This document shows positions 24,178 to 37,604 of a DNA stretch of 64,000 bases, piece after piece. The notes under the pieces were generated by a model, which was not told the origin of the DNA, did not search any database, and worked only from the letters and a program-made list of their open reading frames with translations. The translations under genes and the position numbers were made by a program. The stretch is from assembly GCA_951406725.2 (NCBI GenBank), contig OX597838.1, forward strand, positions 21,204,001 through 21,268,000. Reading direction: 5' to 3'. How positions within the stretch are numbered: the stretch's first letter is position 1; the number at the start of each line of letters is the position of its first letter. The DNA comes from Octopus vulgaris. Its lineage: Eukaryota.

Positions 24178-24366
24178 GTAGGACCTCCACTTCACACAAG
24201 CTAAGATCAGGGCCTTTATACAGGATTATTGTGATCTTACTTCCTTTGGCAGGACTGTCACACTGGACATCGATAACTGTAATTCTCTCAAGATCAGTAA
24301 ATTTTTTGCATATTCTATTCACATTGTTTATGGATACCAAAATTAAAAACGAGAATTTCTCATGCA
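24178..24366 (-). CDS. Exon, C-half of F-type lectin domain (189 nt): HEKFSFLILVSINNVNRICKKFTDLERITVIDVQCDSPAKGSKITIILYKGPDLSLCEVEVL
   Basis: Acceptor TTTTTCTTTTCCAG, donor C|GTAAGT; C..P..G.. and LSLCEVEV terminal motif. Confidence 0.92.
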
Positions 24367-24414
24367 CTGGAAAAGAAAAAAACAGGAAGATTGATAGATA
24401 CACCAAAAATAGCT

Positions 24415-24978
24415 CTGTATATGTGTGTATGTGTTGTGTGTATGTGTTGTGTGTGTGTGTGTGTGTGCATGTGCGAATGTGTGTGCATGTGTGTATGTGT
24501 GTCGTGTGTGTGTGCATGTGTGTCGTGCTTGTGTGTCGTGTGTGTGTGTTAGTGTGTGTGCGTATATGAGTGTGTGTAAGCATCTGTGTGTGAGAGTGTG
24601 AGAGTGCGAGAGTGTGTGTATGTGTGAGTGTGTGAGTGTGCATGTGTGAATGTGCATGTGGGTGTGTGTGTGTATGTGTGTGTGTGTGTGTGAATGTGTG
24701 AATGTGTGTATGTGTGTCATGTGTGTGTTAGTGTGTGAGTGCGTGTATATGAATGTGTGTGAGACTGTGTCTAAGTGTGTGTGCATATGAGTGTGTGTAA
24801 GCATGTGTGTGTGACAGTGCGTGAGACTGTGCAAGTGTGTGTATGTGTGAGTGTGTGAGTGTGCATGTGTGAATGTGTATGTGGGTGTGTGTGTATGTGT
24901 GGGTGTGTGTGTGCATGCATGTATGTGTGGGTTGGTGTGTGAATGTGTGTATGTGTGTTGTTTATGTGTGTGAGTGTG

Positions 24979-25013
<35 letters not shown>
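24415..25013. repeat. Degenerate (TG)n-rich tract with higher-order repetition
   Basis: Long GT-rich low-complexity sequence. Confidence 0.88.
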
Positions 25014-25015
<2 letters not shown>

Positions 25016-26049
25016 TGACAACTTTCCATAATGAAATCTAAACAGTGACGAATGTCTAAAAGAATTTATTGACTTCCCATGTATAGATTTACATGGAGCT
25101 TTGAGAAAATGGAAGTTTAGAGAAGGACAGCATTTCTTGTCATGGGGTATGTGAAAAAAATACTTTGATTTCTGTGGCACAAGATGTTTTTTTAATAATA
25201 TTTAATACTATAAGGGTGGCGAGCTGGCAGAATTGTTAGTACGCTGGGTGAAATGCTTAGCAGTATTTCGTCTGCTGTTACATTCTGAGTTCAAATTCCA
25301 CCGAGGTCGACTTTGCCTTTCATCCTATCGGGGTCGATAAATTAAGTACCAGTTATGCACTGGGGTCAATGTAATCGGCTTAATCCATTTGTCTGTCCTT
25401 GTTTGTCCCCTCTGTGTTTAGCCCCTTGTGGGCAGTAAAGAAATAGGTATTTCGTCTGTCTTTACATTCTGAGTTCAAATTCCCCTGAGGTCAATTGTGC
25501 CCTTCATCCTTTCAGGGTCGATAAATTAAGTACCAGTTATGCACTGGGGTCGATGTAATCGACTTAATCCATTTGTCTGTCCTTGTTTGTCCCCTCTGTG
25601 TTTAGCCACTTGTGGGCATTAAAGAAATAGGTATTTCGTCTGTCATTACATTCTGAGTTCAAATTCCCCTGAGGTCGATTGTGCCTTTCATCCTTTCAGG
25701 GTCGATAAATTAAGTACCAGTTGCATACTGGGGTCAATCTAAACGACTGGCTCCCTCCCCGTAAATTTAGGGCCTTGTGCCTAGAGTAGAAAAAAATAAT
25801 ATTTAATACTATAAGGGCAGCAAGCTAGCAGAATCATTGGCATGCCAGGTGAAAATCTTAGTGGTATTTCGTCTGCCGTTACGTTCTGAGTTCAAATGCC
25901 ACTGAGGTCAACTTTGTCTTTCATCCTTTTGGGGTTGATTAAATAAGTACCAGTTACGAACTGGGGATCAATGTAATTGACTTAATCCCTTTGTCTGTCC
26001 TTGTTTGTCCCCTCTATGTTTAGCCCCCTGTGGGCAATAAAGATATAAT

Positions 26050-26213
26050 AATAACATCATCGAAAAATACCTTAGGAATGAGAACCCAGGTTCGAAATTT
26101 CCCCAAGACACCTGATGAATGCTGGAGGGTATATCAGCCGAAACATTGCGTTAACAACAAATAAGATGAGGAGAAATATCCATCAAATGTAAATAATGTA
26201 AATAATGTAAATA
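26050..26213 (+). mobile_element. 5'-truncated copy of the hammerhead-containing element (motif 26107-26152)
   Basis: GACAC-CUGAUGA-A-UGCUG..CAGCC-GAAA-CAUU-GCGUU; (AATGTAAAT)n tail. Confidence 0.7.
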
Positions 26214-26660
26214 AACTTGGAGGTTTGTTAGAGGTACTTTACTGTGGAACATAAATTTGGCAGAGGATGTTAATAGAGGTACTTTATTGAAGAACATAAA
26301 CTTGGAGTGCTGTTATAGGCATTTCATTAAAGTACATACACTTGAGGGGAAATTTTCAACATGCTGAATAAACCTAGGTGTTACTGGTACTTCATTCATG
26401 ATTGTAAACCCAGAGGGGTGTTATAGGTTACCTTATTGAAGAACATAAGGGTAACTGTAAAAAAAACTCAGAGGAAAAAGTTGAGTAAGGCTTTGAGTGA
26501 AGCATACATTTTTATGATTTGGTCGGAAGCAAAAGGGCAACATTGAAGATGTAAGTGTGGTGGGAGGAGAAGAGGGCACTGTGTGGTGGGAGGAGAAGAG
26601 GACACTATGTCATGGGAGGAGAAGAGGACATTGTGTGATGGGAGGAGAAAAGAACACTAA
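26212..26660. repeat. Two adjacent old minisatellites (~40-45-bp unit x ~6; 26-bp unit x ~4)
   Basis: taaacttggag..gttataggtactttattgaagaaca-like units at 26212-26447; tgtgtggtgggaggagaagagg.cac units at 26555-26660. Confidence 0.65.
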
Positions 26661-27447
26661 GTGAGATGGTTACTGCATTAGAAAAACAGTGCATAAGGTA
26701 TCAGATTGTCCTTATATAAGAGACATTGCATACAACAGATTAGATGGTATTAAGGGTGATTAAGGACCAGGTGGTAACAATGAATAGGGGATAATGCAGA
26801 TTAATATTTGAAATGTGATAATACAAGTTAATATTTGAAATAATCCTTTCTACAATATGCAAGAGGCCTGAAACATCATTGGAAGAGTAACCCCTAGTGC
26901 TCAGCTGGTACTTAATTTTTATCAATCCTGAAAGGATGAAAGTCAAAGACAACCTTAGTGGAATTTGAACTCAAAACATAAAACCAGAAGAAATGCTGCT
27001 AAGCATTTTGTTCAGTGTGCTCACAATTTGGCCAGCTCACCACCTTAATATTTGGGGATCGAGGAATTAAGTACCAGTTGTGTACTGCGGTCAATCTAAT
27101 CGACTGGCCTGCTCCCAAAAAATTTTGGGCCTTGTGCCTAGAGTAGAAAAGAATATTTCTCTCTGGAAAGGTAGTGAGCTGGCAGAATCGTTAACATGCC
27201 AAGCAAAATGCTTAGCGGTTATTTCGTCTGTCTTTACGTTCTGAGTTCAAATTCTGCTGAGGTCGGCTTTGCCTTTCATCCTTTCGAGGTAGATAAATCA
27301 AGTACCAGTTGCGTACTGAGGTAGATCTAATCGACTCCCCATCCCCACCCTATCCCTTCTCCAAAAATTTGGGGCCTTGTGCCCAGAATAGAAAGGAATA
27401 TTTGAAATAATAGAAAAATAACTGAAGAAGCAAAAAAAAACACTTAC

Positions 27448-27705
27448 CCTCGATATAGTTGTAATAGATCCTCATTTGTGAAATATCGTACGTTTGTTTG
27501 AGGTCAACAGTCCAGTATGATCTCTGGGTCTTCACTGAACGAGAACAAGACCTGTGTAGTGGGTTTTGATCAAAGTTACCATCCACGGCTAGGTTGGCTG
27601 CCATTGTGTACGTTTCATTCCGACAAGTGTTTCCATTCATTGCAGTTACACCAGTTGCGCTAGCAGGTGATTCCTGTGTAGCGCTTTTACCAATTGCTAT
27701 ATTTT
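27448..27705 (-). CDS. Exon, N-half of F-type lectin domain (258 nt): NIAIGKSATQES...AANLAVDGNFDQNPLHRSCSRSVKTQRSYWTVDLKQTYDISQMRIYYNYIE
   Basis: Acceptor TTTTATTTTAG, donor G|GTAAGT; motifs NxAxGKxAxQ, AxxAVDG, YWxVDL of F-type lectin/FA58C domains. Confidence 0.92.
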
Positions 27706-27882
27706 CTAAAATAAAAAGAAAATTCTATGAAAGCGGCCAAATTATTCTACCTGTTTTAAGTTTAAACTGGCCAGATCTGAAATCTCACACCTACCCTACA
27801 ATGTCATTCTAAAAATAAACAATCACAGCATGAAAATCTCAAAGCTATGAGATAATGCTTGGTTAGTTTGAAATAATAACTA

Positions 27883-28023
27883 TAAGGTTGTCCCAAAAGT
27901 TCGTAGAAAGTCTTGGAAAATAATGGTCTTTATTTTGAGGAATAATTTTTGTTGTTTTTGTTAGTACTTGGTGAGTAAAAATTCAATTTTCGCAAGTGTT
28001 TACGAACTTTTGGGACAACCTAA
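27883..28023. mobile_element. Tc1/mariner-type MITE (141 bp, TA TSD)
   Basis: TIR AGGTTGTCCCAAAAGTTCGTA / TACGAACTTTTGGGACAACCT, TA on both sides. Confidence 0.85.
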
Positions 28024-28437
28024 TATTATGTTTGGCAGAATAATCTGAACGTTAAAGGGGTAATTTATCCAGGTATGACTCTTAATGATCCCTCAAACAG
28101 ATCTTCCACAAAAGGGGTCCTCAGTCAATGGGGTTCGAATCAGGACCAGGACCAGGTCATGGGGGTTTTAGTACAGGGCAATACACAAAGAATGAATTTA
28201 AAAATTTATTTCTGTTTAATAAACCATTGCTTTCTTCAGGGTGATTTTGTGTTGAATATATACTATAGGCACAGAGTGGCTGTGTGGTAAGTAGCTTGCA
28301 TAACAACCACATGGTTCCGGGTTCAGTCCCACTGCGTGGCACCTTGGGCAAGTGTCTTCTACTATAGCCTCGGGCCGACCAAAGCGATGTGAGTGGATTT
28401 GGTAGACGGAAACTGAAAGAAGCCTGTCGTATAAATG

Positions 28438-28496
<59 letters not shown>

Positions 28497-30061
28497 GTAT
28501 ATATATATGTGCTTGTGTGTCTGTATTTGTCCCCCCAACATGGCTTGACAACCGATGCTGGTGTGTTTACGTCCCCGTAACTTAGCAGTTCGGCAATAGA
28601 GACTGACAGAATAAGTACTAGGCCTACAAAGAATAAGTCCTGGGAGTTGATGTGCTCGACTAAAGGCGGTGCTCCAGCATGGCCACAGTCACATGACTGA
28701 AACAAGTAAAAGAATAAAAGAATATATGTGTAATACATGTGTATTCTGTGTTTATGAGCATTATCAGTTGCAGGTATCCATTTGCAAGACATTGCTAGTG
28801 TGTGGTTGGCATTAGGAAAGGCATCCAGCTGTAGAAACCACACCAAATCAGACTGGAACCTGGTACAGTTCTCTGGCTTGCCAGCTTCCAGTCAAACCAT
28901 GTAGCCCATGCCAGCAGGGAGAGTGGACATTAAATGATGATGATGATGATGATACTCTCTTACTCTCTTACTTGTTTCAGTCATTTGACTATGGCCATGC
29001 TGGGGCATTTGAGGAAGGGTACTCATGTCAGAAGAGGAAAGGTTAGAGGGTGACAAAGAAACAGAGAGGCAGAAACAGGTGTCTTGCTATTACGGAGGGG
29101 ACATTGGTGGAGGTGATCTGGCATCAGATGATGAAAGGTTAGAATGTGAAAGAGAAATAAGGAAGCAGAAATAGGTATCTTGCTATAGAGGAGGTATTTA
29201 TAAATAAACCGTGGCTCAAAAAGTTTTGAGACCAGCTTTCACAAACTGTCAGAAGTGTTGAAGCTCAACTTACAGGAAACAATGATATATGGAAAGCACA
29301 AGAGGCCTTTTTAGTAACAACAAGAAGCTCCAGTATGATTGTTTCTGACTTCTATATATAACAAAGAATTTAGTAAAATAACTTAGTTATCATTAAGCTA
29401 GTGTTAGGAACATAAATTGTGACTAAGGTGTGGAAGATGATTTTAATTCAGAACTTATGAAAACAAGACATTTGTACTACAGAAGAAGAGGCGGTTTCAG
29501 CTGGGTTGGTATCAAAAGGGTTAAATATAACAAAGAATTTAGTAAAATAACTTAGCTATCATTAAGCTAGTATTAGGAACATAAATTGTGACTAAGGTGT
29601 GGAAGAGGATTTTAATTCAGAACTTATGAAGACAAGACATTTGTACTACAGAAGAAGAGGCGGTTTCAGTTGGGTTGGTATCAAAAGGGTTAAAAGAACT
29701 ATCGAAACATTGACAAGCTAACATCAAAACACATTTTGTACCTTTCAGATTTCAAACGATCTCTACTATTCAACCTGATTTCATGGCCCAACAGAGGACT
29801 TCCCAAAGAAGTTGCACACATTTTATGTGATCTGCACGATGCCTTTTCTTTCGAAAAGAGAAATCATTGTGTTCTTTTGCAAATGTACAGGTCTTTGGTA
29901 TTATGTTTTTATCTTGTCATTGCATACACACACACTCACTCTCACACACACACACACATGCACGTGCACACACACACACACACACATACATGCACGCACA
30001 CATGCACACACCATAGAAATCTTTATAGCAAGCATGTCACTATATATAGATATATACTTAC

Positions 30062-30205
30062 GGTAAGTTATTACTTGGCAATCTGGTCCAGTCCATCCGT
30101 CTTCGCATCCGTTTGGACAAGCTCCTGTCCGTTGGTGGCAGTTAGCATCATTTAGACAATGGCATTGCTTGGAACAACCACTTCCATACCACCCAGACGC
30201 ACACC
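30062..30205 (-). CDS. Exon, EGF-like unit (144 nt): CASGWYGSGCSKQCHCLNDANCHQRTGACPNGCEDGWTGPDCQVITY
   Basis: Acceptor TGTAG, donor C|GTAAGT; classic 8-Cys MEGF-type repeat. Confidence 0.92.
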
Positions 30206-30487
30206 CTACATTAAAAATAAGTGTCAATCAGGTTGATGTGCTACATTTTAATAAAACATTCATGCCTATTAATTGGTTTTTGTAACAGTGGATCTCAAAG
30301 CATACATAGAGCTATAAATTATAGTATGTAAATATTGCATTTCAAACTTTGGCACAAGGTTAGAAATTCTGGGAGAGAGATATGTTAATTAGATCGACCC
30401 CATTACTCAACTGGTACTTATTTTATTGACACCGAAACTATGAAAGATGAATTGACCTTTGTGGAACATAAAGACAAATGAAATGCT

Positions 30488-30853
30488 CATTATTTACATT
30501 ATTTACATTTGACTGATATTTGTCCTCATCTTGTTTGTTGATAACACAACATTTCAGCTGATACACCCTCCAGCCTTCATCAGGTGTCTTGGGAAAATTT
30601 CGAACCTGGGTTCTCATTCCTAAGATATTTTTTGATGTTATTATTATCATCATCATCATCATCATCATTATTATTATTATTATTATTATCATTATTATTA
30701 TTATTATTATTCAGGTCACTGCCTGGAATCAAACTTGGAATCATGGGGTTAGTAGCCCGCACTCTTAACCACTACGCCATATGCCTATGGGCATATCCGT
30801 CAAATGTAAATAATGTAAATAATGTACATAATTCCTCATCTCTTAAATATAGA
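30488..30853 (-). mobile_element. Fullest copy of the tRNA-headed hammerhead element (motif 30543-30588), with an inverted copy of its 3' end at 30795-30853
   Basis: A box TGGCGTAGTGG, B-box-like AAGTTTGATTCC, (AAT/GAT)n linker, GACAC-CUGAUGA-A-GGCUG..CAGCU-GAAA-UGUU-GUGUU; flanking atgaaatgct at 30478-30487 and 30859-30868. Confidence 0.72.
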
Positions 30854-31666
30854 ACCAGATGAAATGCTGCTAAGCAGTTTGCCTGGCATGCTAACAATTC
30901 TGCCAGCTCGCCGCCTTATAGCATGTAAATATTGACCCCAGTAGTCAACTGGTACTTATTTTATCGACCCTGAAACTATGAAAGGTGAATCGACTTTGGT
31001 GGAATTTGAACTCAGAACGTAAAGCATTTTGCCTGGCATGCTAATGACTCTGCCAATTCGTCACCTTTTAGCATGTAAATATTGACCCCAGTAGTCAACT
31101 GGTACCTATTTTATCGACCCTGACTATGAAAGGTGAATCGACTTTGGTGGAATTTGAACTCAGAACGTAAAGCATTTTGCCTGGCATGCTAATGACTCTG
31201 CCAATTCGTTGCCTTTTAGCATGTTAATATTGACCCCAGTAATTAACTGGTACTTATTTTATTGACTCTGAAATTATGAAAAGGAAATCTACCTCGGTGG
31301 AATTTGAACTCAGAACACAAAGATGGATTAAATGCCGCTTAGCATTTTTCCCAGCATGCTAACAATTCTGCCAGCTTGCCACCTTATAAGCATATAAATA
31401 TTGCTTTGAAATTTTGGCACATGACCAGTAAATTCAGGGAGTGGGCAGGTTTGGTTAAGTTAATTACATTGATTCCAGTGTTCAAATGGTGCTTGTTTCA
31501 TTGAGCCCCACCGAAAAGATAAAAAGCAAAGTCAACCTCTGCAGAATTTGAACTCAGAACGGAGAGCTAGATGAAATGCTGAAAAGCATTTTGCCTGGTG
31601 TGCTAATGGTTCTGCCAGCTTGCTGCTTTATAGAAAGTAAATATTGAATAGTGAAAGTAAACACCC

Positions 31667-31985
31667 TTGGTAAACACCCACAAAGTTATCAACCACCTCA
31701 CCAACAACAACACTGAACACCTTTTTGATCTCCATGTGTCTAACACACGTGGACATGCCTACAATGTCAGAAAACAGCACAGCTCCCATGACTTTCGGAA
31801 ACATTTTTTCACGCTCAGAGTTGCTGAAGCATGGAATAAACTGCCTGCGTCAGTTGTTGACTGCCATGACACTGCATCCTTTAAGGCCCTCATGCTTTCC
31901 GAAATCCGCCGAAACTACACCTGATTATATATACACTTTAGATGAGTTGTAGTGCACCTGAGCACTGTACACAATTATTATTATT
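31667..31985 (+). mobile_element. CR1-clade LINE 3' fragment
   Basis: SNTRGHAY..RKHFFTLRVAEAWNKLPASVV; ends in an (ATT)n tail. Confidence 0.82.
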
Positions 31986-32653
31986 TAAAAAGTTAAAGGC
32001 CTCCTGAGGAACTCAGACCCACATTCCAAACCTAATATTTATATTTATATATTATTTATAGCTTTATGTATCCTTTGAGATCCACAGTTAAAAAAATAAT
32101 AAATAAGACAAAATTAAATAAAATCAAAATAAAATAAAATAAAGTATAACGTGTAGGTGAGCTTAGAATTATGTATACCTTTGCGTGCACAAGTGAACAT
32201 GTATGTGTTTGTGTGTGTGTGTGTGTGTGTAAATGTTTGGGCCAGTGTATGCATATAGGACCGTGTGTGTTTGTGTAAATAAATGGAGCACTCCGTCGGT
32301 TACGACGACAAGGGTCCCAGCTGATACGATCAACGGAACAGCTTGCTCGTGAAATTAACGTGCAAATGGCTGAGCACTCCACAGACACGTGTACCCTCAA
32401 TGTAGTTTTCGGGGAGATTCAGCGTGACACAGAGTGTGACAAGGCTGGCCCTTTGAAATACAGGTACAACTCATTTTTGCCAGCTGAGTGAACTGGAGCA
32501 ACGTGAAATAAAGTGTCTTGCTCAAGGACACAATGCATTGCTGGAAATTGAACACACGACTTTACAATCATGACCCGAATGCCCTAACCATTAAGCCACA
32601 CTTATGTGTATAAGTAACCTAGTGCATGCATCGTGTGGTGTGATGTGCGTTTC

Positions 32654-32698
<45 letters not shown>

Positions 32699-33324
32699 TG
32701 TGTGTATATGCATGTGAGGCTGTGTATAGTATGCGTATGAGGCTATTGTGTGTAGGAGTGTGTGTTTGTGTGTGTATGGACGTGTATATATATATATGCG
32801 TGTGAGGCTGTGTATAGTGTGAGAGGCTATTGTGTGTGCGTGTGTGTGTGTGTGTGTGTGCATGTGCATGTGAGTGTGGGTGAGTATGTTCCTAATGGTG
32901 TGTGGTGTGAAGAATGAGTTGAACAGTGTGAATGGGTGTTTATATAATGGTGGGTGGAGTGAGATATATAAATATATATATTCTTTTATTAATTTCATGC
33001 ATGCAGATGCAGTCATGCTCGAACACCACAATGATATATATATATATTATATAAACACCACAATGATATATATATATATATATTATATAAACACTTCGTG
33101 AGCTGTCTGGAGTAAACATTATCTGAGAGAAATTTTCTTTAAGTAGTAGAAATAGCTAAAAAAATTTTTTTGGCTGCTATTTCTACTAAGTTCAGTATGT
33201 GGCAAAGTAATTTATTTTACTAAGCCCTAATTATATAATGTAATATTTTGAATTCGCCTTAAATGGTCCTTTTACATACTGAACACTTGGTGAAATTGAT
33301 TAATTAATTTTACCCTCAATTGTT

Positions 33325-33519
33325 GATATATATATAAATATATACATATACATATATATATATAAATATATACATATACATATATATATATAAATATATA
33401 AATATACATATACATATATAAATATATACATATATATATATAAATATATACATATACATATATATATATATATAAATATATACATATACACATATATATA
33501 TATATATATAAATATATAA

Positions 33520-33588
<69 letters not shown>

Positions 33589-33630
33589 CATATATATATA
33601 TATATGGAGAGAGAGAGAGAGAGAGAGAGA
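33325..33630. repeat. Compound (TA)n/(GA)n microsatellite; similar tracts at 22850-23072, 36440-36545, 37490-37630, 63680-63960
   Basis: Directly visible runs. Confidence 0.92.
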
Positions 33631-34241
33631 CAATACAAAGGTGGACAAAAGAAACAACATTTAGGACAGGCAAAAAAAGATGGGTAATTCATGGCTTTCT
33701 TTCCTCAGTCAAGTTCCAAAAGTCACGACCATTTCTAGCAGTTACACTTGAGATGGTTCGATCTGGTTGCCCCCCACAAAAAGTCTATGCTAAGAGCATT
33801 AGATCCCTTTGTAAGAAAGCTAGCGAATGTGTACAGCAACAAAGACATATGTGTGTGTGTGTGTGTGTATATGCTTAAATATATATGTAAATATATATAT
33901 ATGTGAAGGCGCATGGCTCAGTGGTTAGAGCGTCAAGTTTACAATCGCGAGGTTGTGAGTTGGAATCCTGGACCAGGCTGTGTGTTGTGTTCTTGAGCAA
34001 GACACTTTATTTCACGTTGCTCCAGTTCATTCAGCTGTAGAAAGCAGTTGTGACGTCACAGGTGCCAAGCTGTATTAGCCTTTGCCTTTCCCTTGGATAA
34101 CATCGGTGGCATGGAGAGGGGAGGCTGGTATGCATGGGCGACTGTTGATCTTCCATAAACAACCTTGCCTGAACTTGTGCCTGCGAGGGTAACCTTCTAG
34201 GTGCAATCCCTTGGTCAGTCATGACCAAAAGGTGTCTCAGC

Positions 34242-34284
<43 letters not shown>

Positions 34285-35089
34285 AATAAATAAATGGAGT
34301 TAAATGCAGGTGTTATTCAAATTCTTTTACTTCTGACATTTTCAAATCAGTTTCATACTGACTATTAAAACCAGATGTTAGGTAACAGCATAGTTAAGTA
34401 ATACATGCACTCTTCAAAGCTGGCAGGTATGGAAAAGTAATATTAATATTATGATGATTGGCATAATTATCTAACATCCTGTTTCAATATCCAATGAGAA
34501 ACCAATTGGTAAAATTGGCTGTATTAGATATATAATAATTATTTCTTTATTGCCTACAGGGGGCTAAACACAGAGGGGACAAACAAGGAGAGACAGTGGG
34601 ATTAAGTCGATTACATCAACCCTAGTGCATAACAGGTACTTATTTCATCGGCCCCGAAAAGGGGAAAGGCAAAGTCGACCTTGGCGGAATTTGAACTCAG
34701 AATGGAATGGCAGATGAAATATCACTAAACATTTCGCCCGGCGTGCTAACACTTCTGTCAGCTTGCCGCCTTAAAACATTTGCCCAATGTTCCATGCTGT
34801 GGGACTGAACCTGGAACCATGTAGTTGGGAAGCAAGCTTCTTACCACACAGCCACGCCTTCAATTAAAATACTCATGTTATTGACAGATATATGTGTGCA
34901 TATTTTCTCTAACTTATGGATTGTTAGACAACCTTAGTAGACATGTGTGTGTGTGTGTGTGTGTTGCTTGTGGGTGTGTATATGAGAAAAAGTAAGCATG
35001 TGTGCATGTGTGTGTATATATATATTATGAAGTTTGAAAACAGAGAGATCTAATGGACACAAATTAATTCATTAATTAATTAACATCTT

Positions 35090-35195
35090 CACCTACAATT
35101 GTTTCATTTCTCAACCTAAATTAAAACTACAAAGCATATATATAAATACATAATCTTGCATTTTTAAATACCTTGGGTGGAGAATCATCAGGGTG
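35090..35195 (-). ncRNA. Type I hammerhead-like motif, sense to the gene
   Basis: CACC-CUGAUGA-UUCUC...GAGAA AU-GAAA-CAAUUG-UA-GGUG; palindromic stem III. Confidence 0.55.
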
Positions 35196-35291
35196 TACAA
35201 AAGGACAATACCAGGATTATATTATGATCGGTTGGAATATTCCAATATACTCAGAATATCTAATCATGTTTATTATATATGTACATGTATT

Positions 35292-35325
<34 letters not shown>

Positions 35326-35363
35326 CATACATACATAAAATTTATTACTTTTATTTTTAATTC

Positions 35364-35402
<39 letters not shown>

Positions 35403-35874
35403 CATCATTATCATCATCATCATTTAACGTCCGTCTTCCATGCTAGCATGGGTTGGACGGTTTTGACTGAGGGCTAGCAACCAGATGGCTGCACCAGGCT
35501 CCAGTCTTGATCTGGCAGAGTTTCTACAGCTGGATGCTCTTCCTAATGCCAACCACTCCGAGAGTGTAGTGGGTGCTTTTTATGTGCCACCTGCACGGGG
35601 GCCAGTCAGGCGGTACTGGCAATGACCTCGCTCGAATCTTTTTACATGGACCCACCGGCACAGGTGCCAGTGAAGCGATGTTGGTAACGATCACACTCGA
35701 ATGGTGCCCTTTTACATGCCACGGGTACAGGTATAATAATAAGAATAATCATGAATGATGAATGATGAGTTATAGTATATAAGAGTAAAATTGCATAATG
35801 AGTAAAATAAAATAAATGAAATAAAATTCATACTCATGTTTGTATGTGTGTGCATATGTGTATATGTATATGTG

Positions 35875-35918
<44 letters not shown>

Positions 35919-36166
35919 TATATCATACATACATATGCTATTTAACCTATAAGTATAATATATATATATATACATACATATGTATGTATGTATGTATATA
36001 TGTATTTACTCGCAACAACAAGTATGGATGTCAATAGTTTATACATCAATATGTATGTGTATGAGTATATATGTCTCTTTTTAAGTTACTTATTAAGGTA
36101 TGTAGATTAAAGTATATAAGAGCAAAATAAAATATAAATAATAAAGAAATAAATATATATGTGTGT

Positions 36167-36208
<42 letters not shown>

Positions 36209-36479
36209 TTATAAGGCGGCAAGCTGGCAGAATTGTTAGCACGCCGGGCGAAATGCTTTGCGGTATTTAGTCTACCCCTGCATTCTGAGTTCAAATTCCG
36301 CCGAGGTCGACTTTGCCTTTCATCCTTTCGGGGTCGATAAATTAAGCACCAGTTGTGCACTGAGGTCGATGTAATCGACTTAATACCTGTGACTGTCCTT
36401 GTTTGTCCCTTCTATGTTTAGCCCCTTGTGGGTAGTAAAGAAATATATATTTATATTTATATATATATGTGTGTGTATG

Positions 36480-36550
<71 letters not shown>

Positions 36551-37342
36551 AAATAGAAAGATGAATTTTCTTGTTACAGATTAATGGGCTCTTAAGGAGC
36601 GTCCTCGTTCGAATTGCGTTGCTGCGCCTCTGTTTTGTTTTGTTCTGTCAACGGAATTCCTGTTTTTTCCTGAAGAGAAAGCCACAATATGGTACCCTTA
36701 TTTAATCAGAATTTGGAAATTTGTGGCCTTTGAAACATGTGTAGAATGTAATAAAAGGAATTCTGTACAATCTTCGTTCAACTCCATTTCTTCCATTCAC
36801 TAATAATATATATATATATATATACATACACACACACCACACACATATACATTTGTAAATGTAATATGTGATTATGTAGCCATGATAAAACTCTGAGTTT
36901 CGGATATCGGAGTGGAATCCCATGCTGGCATCTCTGCCCTGACATCCAAAACTCAGAGTTCTATCATGGCTACCGAATAATTGTCACATTATATTTTCAG
37001 ATAAATTCCTCTATTTACATAATATTGAGGTCTCTTTCTTTCTTTTGTTGTCTTGCCCATTTCTATAAATATACATACATACATATATGGCCGAAATCAA
37101 ATCGCCATGTTGATTCGCTAGCTTCCGCATGCATATTTTTTTTCTCTCCTTCTTTCTGTGTTTTTTCTCTGTGTATCTTTCTGTTGAAGAGCGTAGGCTC
37201 GAAATGTTAAAGACTTGTTTTATTTATATTTCCTGAGCGCCATACTAATACAATTGTTTGTTTGTATTCCACCTGCCTTCGTCTTTTGTTTATTTCCGTA
37301 AACCTGCCTTCGTCTTTTGTCTATTTTCATAAAGCTTCCCGT

Positions 37343-37373
<31 letters not shown>

Positions 37374-37488
37374 GGGTACAGGAGTGGCTATGTGGTAAAT
37401 AGCTTGCTTCTTCAACCGCATGGTTCCAGGTTCAGTCCTTGGGCAAGTGCTTTCTATGATTGCCTCAGGCCGACCAAAAGAAACCGGT

Positions 37489-37604
<116 letters not shown>

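Noticed and set aside
22772-25029. YI-, HT- and CV-repeat ORFs here and throughout the window
   Set aside because: Microsatellite translations; only 24178-24366 is a real exon.
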